DNA of 52,257 nucleotides, from positions 1 through 52,257 of the forward strand of contig KZ538713.1 in NCBI GenBank assembly GCA_000934665.2, given 5' to 3'. The DNA comes from Catajapyx aquilonaris (lineage: Eukaryota). This document shows, one piece after another, positions 35,219-47,289 of the stretch (positions are counted from its first letter, which is position 1; the number at the start of each line of letters is the position of its first letter). The notes beneath the pieces were generated by a model. It made no database searches, was not told the DNA's origin, and saw only the letters and a list, made by a program, of their open reading frames with translations. Position numbers and translations under genes: made by a program.

Positions 35219-38200
35219 CATTAGATGGAGGCAGGGAGGACCTGAAGTTGTCTAGTGCTAACTAGTGATTGACCTGCCAGGGAGTTGCCTTTGAAATATG
35301 CTGGTCACATACACGTCTTACTTCGGATAGAAATTCAAGTCGACGAGTTTCAAAATGATGCGGCAGTGTCGGGTGATCACTAGGTTGCTGTTCACTCACG
35401 CTTGTCTGAGGACCTGCCACGTGACGACCGAGTCCTGAAACTGGAACTTACAGAACTGGGTGCGTCACAGGTAGCAGATCTCCGCACATGCATGGGTGAA
35501 CACCTGGCAGGTTCTGCTAAGTTACAGGGTGTAATGGAAATCCGATGCAAGTGTGATGCGATACATAGATGCCATCTTTCCTAATCAATGTCATGTGGAA
35601 AAAAAAACTGTGCCTGAGGTACTAAAATTGTGCAAAGTTTGGGCACCTTGTTTTTCATAGCGAATTTCACAGGTTCTGATTCAGAAGGATGTTCTCTATC
35701 AGTGGTATCCCTCGAGTCGTGTTTTCATTGCACCTTGCGTAACTGTAAGGAGTCAAGTGTGTGTAAAATCGTGAGAACGCTCAGGAGTTTTTAACTCCGA
35801 TAATTTATTTCTCTCATTTTCATTCACGAGTTACACCGTGGCAAAGTTGGAACCAAGATTTGGGAGGCCGAAGGTTTCATCTGCTCAAAAAGGCTGATCT
35901 CACCAAAAAAATTTGCGAGGAGAACCAGGGATTAATTAATTATCCGGCACCGGAAAATGTGGTCACGCATCACATTCCATACATCCCCCCCAAAAAATAG
36001 CAAGAAAAGTTGTGGGGACCACGTCATTGCAACCATACATGTTGTTAAGGTACTATTTGTGACAACTGGTACAGTATTTTAGTTTTTATTCTTATTTGTT
36101 ACTTTTGTGTAGGGAAATTTTAACCCTGTCACACCCTAGTCAGCATATATTTTATCATTAGCAGTTGGGTAGCAAGTTTGATTTTTGTTATTGTTTTACG
36201 CAGCCTGCACTGTAGATTTTCTAAAGAAAAATGCAGTCTTCCTCATTGGTAACGGTTCCTAATGAAGAAAAAGATAGCAGCTCAGGTCGTGCGTGCAGGC
36301 TGGCGCCGATTTTTTTTTCATTTGTAGCCGTGATACGAGGGCTTGCATTTACTCGCATGATTCTTGCGCATTTGATTATGGCAGTAACAATTATAGTGGT
36401 ATACAATGACGTCCTTTGACACCGGATGGCCGGGTCCAATCTTTGCCCGAAAAATGATCTTCCACTCTGCTGCGCAACATGGTTCGAAATGTTCATTATT
36501 AGTTGTTTTGGCGGACATAATTTTGATATGGTGTTAGTAAATGCAACGCCTTGCAATTCCGGTACCGATCAGAATCTCATCAGTTCTTCATCCCTTTTCA
36601 GTCAGTATTATTTTTGGAATGTGTTCACCTTCTATTTTATACAAAATACTTGATTATCTCATGGTTGCAATGGGGATGTCGTCCTTTTCTTTTCTCAGGG
36701 CAGACATTTAAAATGCATCGGAATAATTCAACAGATTTGCAAGCACGTCTGTACTAGTCTGGGTTGATTATTATTTTTTAAAAGGATGAGAAGAGAGAGG
36801 TGCTTCCCGTAGATTTAAGAAAGTAAAAGCGAGGGTGTCGTTTCTTCATTTCCCAGTGACATGTGTCCAATTTTTTGGAAAAAAAAAAAGTGTTTTGCAG
36901 GGACACCTTCCCGCACCTTTATTTCTGATCCTGTACAGATTTGAACGCATTAAATGTAAATGTGCCTGACATTTCACACGGGGTGAGAAAATAACCTTGG
37001 CAAGTGCCAATATCTGACAAGTGTGTGTTATTCGTCCTTGGTGCATTTAAATTCACATTTTAAATCTAGCGTTAGTGGCTCGAAGAAGGTGCTTCTCAAC
37101 AGAGGTGTCCCTCATTGAATATTATGAGAATAATTTCACTCGGTTATTTGCCCCCCTACGAACAGGTTTTCAAGAGTATTACAAGTACAAACTATGCTTT
37201 AATTTAGGGTTACCCTTGATTTGTTTCTCCCCCGTACCCCTCCCATCTCCTTAAGCTGTAACTTGCACACCTCGCACCAGCTATTTATTTATTAATTCTT
37301 GGTGGCATAGAGGTGAAGGTATTTATGTAATATTTTTAATTGTTAGGTGTTGTCAGTTGCATTTAAGAAAGAGAAAAAAAGAAGTGTCTATGCATGTTGT
37401 GGTTTTTAGTTCCCCCCAAGTGGGGGTGTATTTAAAATGACGGTTAATCATGGCTTGTCTTCCATTATTTTTTCGGAGACTAATGTGGCCCAAAAACAAT
37501 CGACTTTTTGCATATCATAAAAACGTGCACTACATATTCTTGGATCGTAATGAAAAATTGATGCTTTTACGTGCGTCTAAATCCAAAATGATACCGCAGG
37601 CCTATTCTCCTCTTTATGAAGCTCAATGTGGATGTTCCGTTGATCATAACTGGCAGCTCTAACCAAAAATAAGCAAGTGCACGGGTCGATTTAGAAGTCA
37701 TGACATGTCTCAGTCGTAAGCATCTTGTGTATGGCGCACTGGTTCTTCGATACGATTGCAATAAAAATAATTTGAATAGGCAAAGTGCACACCTGCTCCC
37801 CTCGGCTGCTCATGGGTTGTTGGCACCTGCATAATTCAAGAATAACTTGACCTGTTGTGAACTCCTGCTGGTCCATTTGCATTATTCGTGCCCTTTAGTT
37901 CAAGGCTAATCGAAGGATCTGCCGCTTGTGGTCCGTACCACGAAAGCCTGCTGCGACTCTTTCAAAATTATACATGTTTACACTTGCCATGACTTTTCAA
38001 TCACTCGTGTGCATGGCGTAAAATTGTTTAAAGTGGTGCCATATTTTGTCTGGAATTGGGGAGACTTAAGCCAGAAAAAAAAAAAATTATCGTAAAATGT
38101 ACATTATATATATTGTAAAATTTATTCTGTTGCTCAATTAATCTACTTTCAAAATCATTTTATCTTTTTATTTGATATATGTTTCACTGCACAGATGAAC

Positions 38201-39442
38201 ATTTCATTCGTATTCGGAAAGGGTCATGTGTTTTCTGTACGTTACGTTCTCCTCAACATATTTTGTCAAAACTGATTTAAGCAATAGAAAAGCATTTGTT
38301 TCGTAACAATGTGTGGCCCTCTGCGCAGCAGAAAAGGAGAATAAAACACACACACTCACCCATACACACACATTCATTGACACCAGGTTTGAAGAAGATG
38401 CTAAATGAAAAGTTCCAAGTGCTGTACTCAAAGGCTGAACTTACTTTTTCCATAATTGCTTGTGGGGGGAGTCTAATAACGATGCCTATTTAGTATTTTG
38501 TGTAATATTCCACATGTTGTGATTGACCGTGTAGCTATAACAACAGGCGTCTTTTATTACTGGCAGGGGATACATTTGGAAAATTTGTAAGAGAAAGTGC
38601 GTTCCTCCTCCTGTTGTACAGAAGAAGAAGAAAATAATTTATTTTCACGTCTCCTATAGTGAATGGAATTCTCGTAGGACGTAGATGGATTTTAAAAAAA
38701 TGTTTGCAGTATTAATTTCACCAAGTCTCCTTCAGATTGTAAGGAAAATAATTAAACAGGGATCCGTTATTATTATAATGGAGCATATTGTACATAAAAT
38801 GATGAAAACAATGAACATTGCAGTGATTATTTCAATTTCCTGCACTCAACCTAGGTGACGATGACGCCAAATAAAGTGGGCATTTACTTTTTCACATACG
38901 ACGTCTTTGTTCGTCTGAAAAGTATTATCGCTCGACGGCATACTCATGAGCAAGTCTACTGGAAAATAAAAGAGGTCTCTGCTCCAACACTATTGTACGT
39001 TAGAGTACGCATGGTGTCTACTGATGTACATTGGTGTTGGATCAAAAGACGAACTACATTTGATGTTCAAGACTGATAAAACAATACTTTCAGGTGGCTC
39101 AGAGTGAAGTAGCTTCTCCTGCCTGGGTATTCTTGAGGTTCATGGGGAATTCTGCGTCGAGGATGACCAAGGAGCATCAAAGTATGACAATTACAGGTAT
39201 GGTGTTTATTCAACTCGAAGATTATTCATACAGTGTGTACCAAAAGTCCAAAAGTGCACCAGTAAGAAGATATGTGAACTAAAGCATGGTCATCTCTGCT
39301 TAATGGATATGTTTTAATTACAAACATACAGTGTGTGAATGATGAATGGCTATTTATTTGTCAACAGACAGCATCAAGACATAAAGTGGTAACTAATATT
39401 ATCAATAACTTGAGAGCACAAGAACATATTTGTGAAGTAATT

Positions 39443-42400
39443 CTAATGGCTACTCGAATATCTCATATCATTCAGCGTCAGTGGCGTACTGTAACAAAAC
39501 CCGTTGGCAGCTCCCAGATCTTTGCTTATGTTGCAATAGACTGAATCACTTGATTCCATCCTGGGACTCCCTTCTCGACTGATCCTGATCACAATTGCGC
39601 CGTCTTCCGCAGCATCCGTGAATGATCCTGGTTGCTCTTCGTAATCATTACTTTCAGACCCGCTGCTCCCTAGACCAACCCCAATCCCCGGTGTGAGAAA
39701 TGTCAATGGAGTTGCATCCTCTTCAGTCATGTCTTCACTTTCATTGGTGCTTGAGCTTTCCTCATGTAGTCGTTGCCTGTACATGCTGAATTTTTCCTTG
39801 GCCCGAAGTGCTAGGGCCTCCTCCCCGTGGTAGAAGGACACTTGGTGGAACTCAGGGCTGACATCAAGGAGCAGGAGAGAGATCAGTTCCATGAAGTTTG
39901 GGCGGTTGTTTGGAGTGTACTCCCAGCATATAGTCATGAGTTCGTAGAGCCTCTTCGGACAGTTTACTGGTTGCTCCATTATGCCCCCTTCTGTGATGTA
40001 GCAGAGGACTTGTTCGTTTGACAGGCCCTGAAGGAAAGGAAAGGATTTGTATTGAGTAATTGATGGAGCAGACAATATTTTAAGTGATTGCATTTTAGAC
40101 CTGGTATGGCTGCATGGCGAGGGTGGCCATCTCCCAGAGCACAACTCCATAGCTCCAGACGTCTGTCTGTGAGGTGAACACCCCGTCCTTCAGACTCTCG
40201 GGTGACATCCACCTGACTGGCAGGAGTCCCTTGCTTCCCTTTCTGTAGTAGTCTGTCTCGTAGATGTCCCTGGTCATCCCAAAGTCCCCTATCTTGACAG
40301 TCAGGTCCTCGGCCACCATGCAGTTGCGGGCAGCCAGATCCCGGTGGACAAACTTCTTGGCCGCAAGATAGGCCATCCCATCAGCTATTTCTGCTGCCAT
40401 CTGGAAGACCCGCTTCAGAGTGGGTGGCTGTCGGTTGGATGGGTTTTCTGCAGGGCAGTCTGGACGGTGGGAGCGGAGGTAGCTCTTCAGGTCACCACTG
40501 GCCATTAGCTCCATTACCACCAGGGTTGGCTGGCCCTGTGATACCACACCCAGAAGCTTGACTATGTGGTGGCAGTTGAATGCTCTGCAGGGGGAGACAT
40601 ATTGAGTAATGATGCTGAAGAACATTGCAGACTAGTAAACGCTAGGGCTACTTACTTCATGACAGAGGCTTCATTGAGAAACTCAATGTGGTCCCTAGTG
40701 GAAGCATTTTCATTCACGGTCTTAACTGCGCAGTTGATCTTTCCCTGACCCTCCTCCAGGTCCATGGCCACTCCCTCATAGACCATTCCAAATGAACCTT
40801 GACCCAGTTCCTTGGTTAGCTCTACTTTGCTCCGGGGTATTTCCCACTCGTCCAGAACGTATGCTGCAATGCCAACTTCCATGAGTAAACACTGCAATCA
40901 TATTTCTGCGTTATTACTTACCATCACATACACTGGCATATTCTGGATTGACAGACGCAAATAGGATCCCATTCGTTATAGATTTAAATGATTTCCTGTA
41001 GTAATACACAGCTCCTGCCACCACCACACCAGTCAGGAGCACCCCTACTGTTATGGCTCCAACAATGTACGCAGGCACCTCATCTGGTGCAGCATGTGCT
41101 GGTCCCTATTGCAATGTCGTAATTGATAACGTGAGTCTTTTGCATTAATTTTTATTCTCATCAAAACAGCTTACCTGGAGGAAGACATATCTGGGTGCAG
41201 TGTATTTTCCCACCCCGGCCAAGGAGGCTGCGGCCAGCCTCAGACTGTAGTTACCAGGAGCCAGGTTCTCCACCTCGTGCAGCCTGCCCCTCTGCTCAAA
41301 CTGCTTCCTGGTGATGCACTCGACTGTGGGCTTGGCACTGGGAATGTCTGCCCTCTTGTACTCGATGTGGTAAGCCAAGACAAGCCCATTGTAGAGCTTC
41401 ACGGCCTCCCACTTCAGACTGATCTTGCCTGAGGTGTTGTTAGACACCTGCACCGTGACTCCCTTTGAGTCAATCAAGTCTGCTTCGGAGAGAGAAAGGG
41501 TGCGGATGGTGACCAAGCTCTGTGAGCTGCACACCATGGAGTCATCCCAGATCTCAGGGTGCCTGTCACGGCAAGCTTCCACTGCAATGTTGTACTTTGT
41601 AAAATGGGTCAGGTTCTCTATGGTGAAGTTGGTATTGCTGGTCCTGTACTGAGGCTGGTCCTGCACAGAGCGCCGTTCATGTTTCTTGTCAAGTCTGAAA
41701 CAGGACACAAAAATTGGTGAATTAAGGCAGTCGACAAACAATTATATTGAATCCAGCTTGCATGAGAGTTACAGTATGAGCCTCACTTTTTGACATAGAC
41801 TTGGTCTTGCACGAAGTCCTCAAAATTAATCTTAGACTGAACCACCTGCTCCTGCACCTCCAACTTGTCCTTTGGGCACTGGCAACACTCCTTACCCAAA
41901 CCATCCAGAAAAAATACTTCCTTCTTCTTGTCGACCTCCACCTTCTTCTTGTCTACCTGCACTTCCTCCTCCTTCTTCTTCACCTTATTGTGAAAAGAGG
42001 ACAACTGTGGGTTCTTGCAATAGTCCCTCTGGTCCAGGATGTCCCGGTCATCCTTCACCAAGTGGAGGTACACATTATAGTAGGTCACTTGGCCTTTGGG
42101 ATGCAAAGGGGCCTTCCAGACAATGGCAATCTGGGAGGGTGACCTGGCATGGCCCTGGAGGTCAACTGGAGCGGAGGGCGTGTCTGGATGGGTGGTGAAG
42201 TAGACAATGTTGCTCTCCGCTCCAATACGCTCTGGGGTAACAGTGTAGGTCTTCACATACACTGGGTAAGTCTTCACATACACGGCATACTGGGTGAATG
42301 GCTTCAGCTGCTGGAGCATGTAGGCCTCGTGTTCAGGCTTTGGTCCGATGGTTGCATTGGTGTAAGTAGTGGGGACATCATCTACCTTCCACCTTCTTGT

Positions 42401-45400
42401 ACAAGTAGTGGTGGACAAACTAATGTTAGCAACAGGTGACATCAAAAGAATACATGCCATGTACTGACCCATCACGTGCTCCTCTAGCCTCATAGAGAGA
42501 TATGTTTTGGTCTGGTGCCTCAGTGTAGGACACCATGTACCCCAGAAGTGTCCTGTCATCATCAAGTTTGTTCCGGAAATTTCTGTCCCATTGAAGAGTC
42601 ACATTCGTTGACGACTTGTTGTGTATCACTAGATTCAGCTGCTCCAACTTGCCACCTGGACATGAGAAATGTCACTCACAATTCAGTGCATACCAGACCA
42701 TCGTACAACTTACATGCGACGTTATCTCCATTAGAGTTGGAAGCAATGTCTGCGTCTTCTGCTGGAGGAAGTCCTGTGACGTTGAGGAGCATCTCGATTT
42801 TCTCCAGACACAGTTTAGGATTGAAGTGGAAGCGCATCTTGTTGCCTTTACCACCAATGCGGAGTTTGTGTTCTCGATTTGACCAGTCCCACAGGTCATG
42901 CAGGTTCTGGTTCTCGTAAACTACCAGGGCGTACCTGCGTCCCCAAAGACATCAAATCTCATATTGAACATACTGAAGAGACAAGACCAACCGATTTTTC
43001 TCCGGCTTCTTCCCATGGATGAATCGAAGTGACTTCAGGAAGTCAAGCGACACCAGAGGAAACGACCAACTGATCTTCACGTAATCATCCACTTCCTCGA
43101 TGGCACCCAAGTTGTCTTCCAGCTCTTTGATGACATTCTCTAAGGATCAACATATCTGTGTCACAACCTTTTCTGACAATCATCTTCACAACTTCAGAAC
43201 TCTACATACACAACTATATACAACTCCACAACTTCAGAACTCCACAACTTTAGAACTCCACAACTTTAGAACTCCACAACTTTAGAACTCCACAACTTCA
43301 GAACTCCACACAATTCTACAACTCCACAACATCCCATGCATCAATGGTTTTGTGGGGTGTTGTGGACGAGTTCTGGTTGTAGAGTTCTGAAGTTGTAGAG
43401 GTGTGTGGAGTTGTGGAGTTCTCTGTCACTTTGTGACCCTATGAACTCTGTGGAATCCGATGAATGCATTGACTCACTTCCTCCTTCGATCCGAATCTGC
43501 AGAGATCCTCGGATGTGCGTGCATCCTTGAAGTCGTCGTGCTGCTGAAATGCTGTTGACCAACAATGCATTGCATTCCTTCTGGCATTTTCCTGTCACAA
43601 TGAGAAAGAAAGTGTCCTCATGAGAAAGTCAAGATCATCCTCATGTCCGTACCTTTGCATTCTCCGCATGTGTGTTTGCCACCTTCTGTGACTTCCTCGT
43701 ATCCTGGAGGACAGTTGAGGGTGCAGGTGAAGTTGAAGGGCTTCCAGTGAATACTAGCTGTGTCGTGGAGCTTAATGTCCATGATGGTTGGTGGAGGCAT
43801 GGCCAGACACTCGGACTCGGTAACACACCGACGTTTCAGGTACTGTCGAGATGCAAGTGTTATCGTCTAATATACTTACAAGGGAACGACCAAGGTCGGT
43901 CGCCTCCGATTTGGTTTAAACTCGTTTGAGGGGTCACTCATGTGCTTTAGACACGGTGGTGAAAGTCCTAGATGCCACTGTCCATCAGTTTCCGAGATAT
44001 GAGCGACAGAAACATCCGAATTTTGGCCGCGCGTATAGGGGCCAAATAGCGGATGTTTCTGTCGCTCATATCTCGGAAACGGATGGATAGTGGCATCTAG
44101 GACTTTCACCACCGTGTCTAACGCACATGAGTGACCCCTCAAGCGAGTTTAAACCAAATCGGAGGCGACCGACCTTGGTCATTCCCTTGTTAGGGTAAGC
44201 GAAAAGCTAACCAGATACTCCTTGGAGCCGATGGAACAGTGATCGACACAGTTTCCGTCCAAGACTGCGTGACGACATGCGAAACAGTCCGTTGAAAGCG
44301 GACCTGAACATCCTCCCAGACACTGCTCGTGGCAACAGTACTGTCCATAGCACGCTTTTCCTTCACAGTGGTCGCACACTGGAAAGGGCATTGTCAACAG
44401 TAAAACGTCACAGCTAGGACACCTCTTCAGTAAGTACCACCCACATATTGTACCAAAAGTGCGCGAGAACACATATACTATTGTGTGGAAACTACGTAAA
44501 TTGTGAGGGTACCCGCATTTTCCCCGTACTACTGATAACGTGTCCAAAGGTGGGCTTTTGTTCCACAAATACCAAGAGTTGACCCTTGTCCTATATTGAG
44601 GAAAATGAGTATCAACGACCTGCCTGAACAGAAACAACACAACATCCGGTCGTAGTACGCCCACGTAGTCTGGCGTATGTTTTTCAAATGGAATCACCGG
44701 ATCCTCCTGCATATCTTAAAGAGTTTATGGGAAGTCGTAAAAGACACTTGTGGGCTGGCGGACAAAACATGGCCGTAAAAATTTAAAAAGGGCAGTAAAC
44801 AACTCTAAAATGGCACGACCAACAGTGATCGGACGGTTCTTACGTGTCTGACAATGATGACTGCTCCAACAAAGGGTCTGAGTGGAGTTGAGCAACTTCG
44901 GACAGTCTTTGGGACAGATGTCCGGACACTCGTCGCTCGCTTTGTTTCCCTAAGATGGACAGATGTTAAAGACAATGAGGATGAGGTGGACATCCACTGA
45001 CCTTGATGAAGTGTCCGCCTTTCCCATCCTTAGCGATGATGTCCCAGTCCACGGTGTTCACATAGCACAAGTTGGAGTTCCCCGCAATCCGGACACTTCC
45101 CTTGAGGATGTCCGTGAGTCCAGATAGGCCAATCTCCTGCATGTGAATGACCTCGAAGACCACGAAGGCATAGTTGAAGAAGAGCTTGTTCCCACGGATG
45201 ACCGCCAGGTTGGGGAAGATGTGTCGGAGGGTACGCAGGCCGTACACTCGGTACAGCAGGACGTACCCGGTCACCTCGGTCAGCTCTGGGAAACTCAGGT
45301 TATGGTACTCTGACTCGTTGGCATTGTCAATCAGAAGGATATGGAGGGCACCTTCGATGACCCTGCATCCACGTAGTTTCTGGAACTTGTTCACGTTGTT

Positions 45401-45899
45401 CCGGATTTCCATTCCCTGGCACACTGTGGGTATTTTTAAACACAGTGATTTGCTGACGGACATGACCCGCATCCGTCAGAGATTCCTATCAGGTGAACCC
45501 TTCGACACGTGGAGTCAAAATGTCATTTCTGAATATAACTTGTGACGCACGTTGTCACCTGCAGCTTATAGTTAAAACCCATCAGACGCATATAAGCAAA
45601 TCGTAGGTGGTCCTCAAAACCGGCCCTAAACTAACCTAACCTTCCTTGCGGATACAGCTATCTTCAGCGGATACAAAAACCTATGGGCCAGCTGCGGAGA
45701 CCACCTGCAATTTGCTTATATGCAACCAGGACTTACCGCCATCCTTGGAAGGCTGACCCTGTGCCATGACCATAAGGGTCATGACCCACAACCAGGTCAT
45801 GGTCTGACCCCACTTCATCCACTTCTTTCTGGACTGTTGTCTGTTGTCCCACTTAGGTGTCCATCGTCTGTCCAGCAGCAGGTCAACCAAGTGGTCCAT
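39443..45899 (-). CDS. InR: Insulin/IGF-like peptide receptor, paralogue b (divergent), 15 exons, ~1434 aa
   Basis: Exons 45899-45737, 45423-45002, 44949-44844, 44378-44212, 43842-43653, 43591-43478, 43139-42992, 42934-42714, 42655-42469, 42392-41787 (NAGNAG alternative 42395), 41694-41175, 41105-40922, 40863-40656, 40584-40101, 40027-39443. Same intron positions and phases as InR-a; no stop or frameshift seen (4305 nt). NPEY and all kinase motifs are intact. Confidence 0.96.
43190..43420. repeat. 16-bp minisatellite (aactccacaactttag) with inverted copies, InR-b intron 6
   Basis: Tandem units at 43190-43330; reverse-complement-like units at 43350-43420. Confidence 0.85.
43879..44189. mobile_element. 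PIF/Harbinger (Tourist)-like MITE, near-complete palindrome, in InR-b intron 4
   Basis: Arms of ~150 bp caagggaacgaccaaggtcggtcgcctccg... / ...cggaggcgaccgaccttggtcattcccttg, flanked on both sides by TTA (43876-43878, 44190-44192). Confidence 0.85.
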
Positions 45900-47289
45900 T
45901 GCTGTTCCCACCTATTGTCACCCTCTGCGTACCAGCCAGCAAGTGTATGCCTGTGAACTGCTGATCCGAATGAAAGTGGAGTGTCTGCCGGGTTCATATG
46001 ATTCATGGACGGAGGAGGAGGTGGTGGTGGAGGGACAACAGGGGGTGGGAGGAAGGGCCTCAGACAGACGGGCCGCGTACTCAGGTGGCAGCTTGCAGAA
46101 ATAAGTGGCGTAATGATAAGCCTTTTTATGTAGGCATCATGTAATCTGGTTGTCAACAATGTGCATGGAAAATGCATGTTCCCACCTGTCTGGAGAGAGG
46201 CTGCATATATGAGTAGAATCAACTTGACCTTTGACCTCAGATGTCAATATGTACCAGTTGATCACTAATCATGGCAAGTTAATGGCTATACAATTTTGAT
46301 AATATGGCAGAACAGTTTGTACCGACACACTTGTCACATCATCAGTTAATCAACAAAGACACAACAATAATATTATTGTGTCATCAACAAGCTAACACCA
46401 ATTATTTATTGGTGTTGGCCAGTTGACAAGCATAGACACTGATGAATATTTAATATTTAATCTTTAAGTGATAATGCCTAGTTTCATACTACCTCACTTA
46501 AAGCGGCATGCAGGTGTATGGAGATTCATGATCTCCGGGGTGGCTATACTGGCATGCCGGTCTAGGCGAGGGTTTCTGAAGCACAACATTATCGCAATCT
46601 CTATGAAAATTATTACCGTAAGAAATGTGTAATGTCCTGTGGAAGGATGGGGGTTACGGTGAAGTTGAGTGGTAATGCAGAGTAATTGAAATTCATAGAA
46701 ATCATTTATTGCATTCTTTGTCTGGCTTATCTACAGGATACGCAGCTGTTTTTATCAAAACCGAAAAAGTTGAGAGAGTAAATGGAATAGTATTTTTTTC
46801 CCCTTCCCCCACACTATGATTTTTTTTTTTAAATTATTCCATTGTCATTGGTTACTTTTGGAGAGTTACGGTGGATTACAGGCCTTGAGAGGTCAAGACA
46901 TACAGAGAGGGATGGTGGAAGAAAACTATTATTGTCCAAAGTGTTAATAAGCCCACAAACATGGATTGTAATAGTAAAAATTTTTTAGAGCATATTATAT
47001 ACAGCACCTACATAGAATTTTTAGATCTTTTCAACAATGTACACAGCTGCCAAATTAGGTTCCAGATTTGTTTCATATTTTTTGCATAGCCAACAATCCC
47101 TGACTAACTTTGAAACCAATCCCTTTGGAAACGTAATAAACCTGACATAAGAGCACCTCTTTTTCTTTACCTATTCGAGACAAATTGGTCCACAATAAGT
47201 AAAAACAAAAAAAAAATCAACAAAAAAAAATTGTAAATGTATATATCACCATGCTTTCTCTTTCAATACAAAATAGTCTTTTTGCCAGC

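Noticed and set aside
39443..45899. InR-b as a pseudogene or an assembly duplicate of InR-a
   Set aside because: All 15 exons are open with valid splice sites, and introns and most exons are clearly diverged from InR-a.
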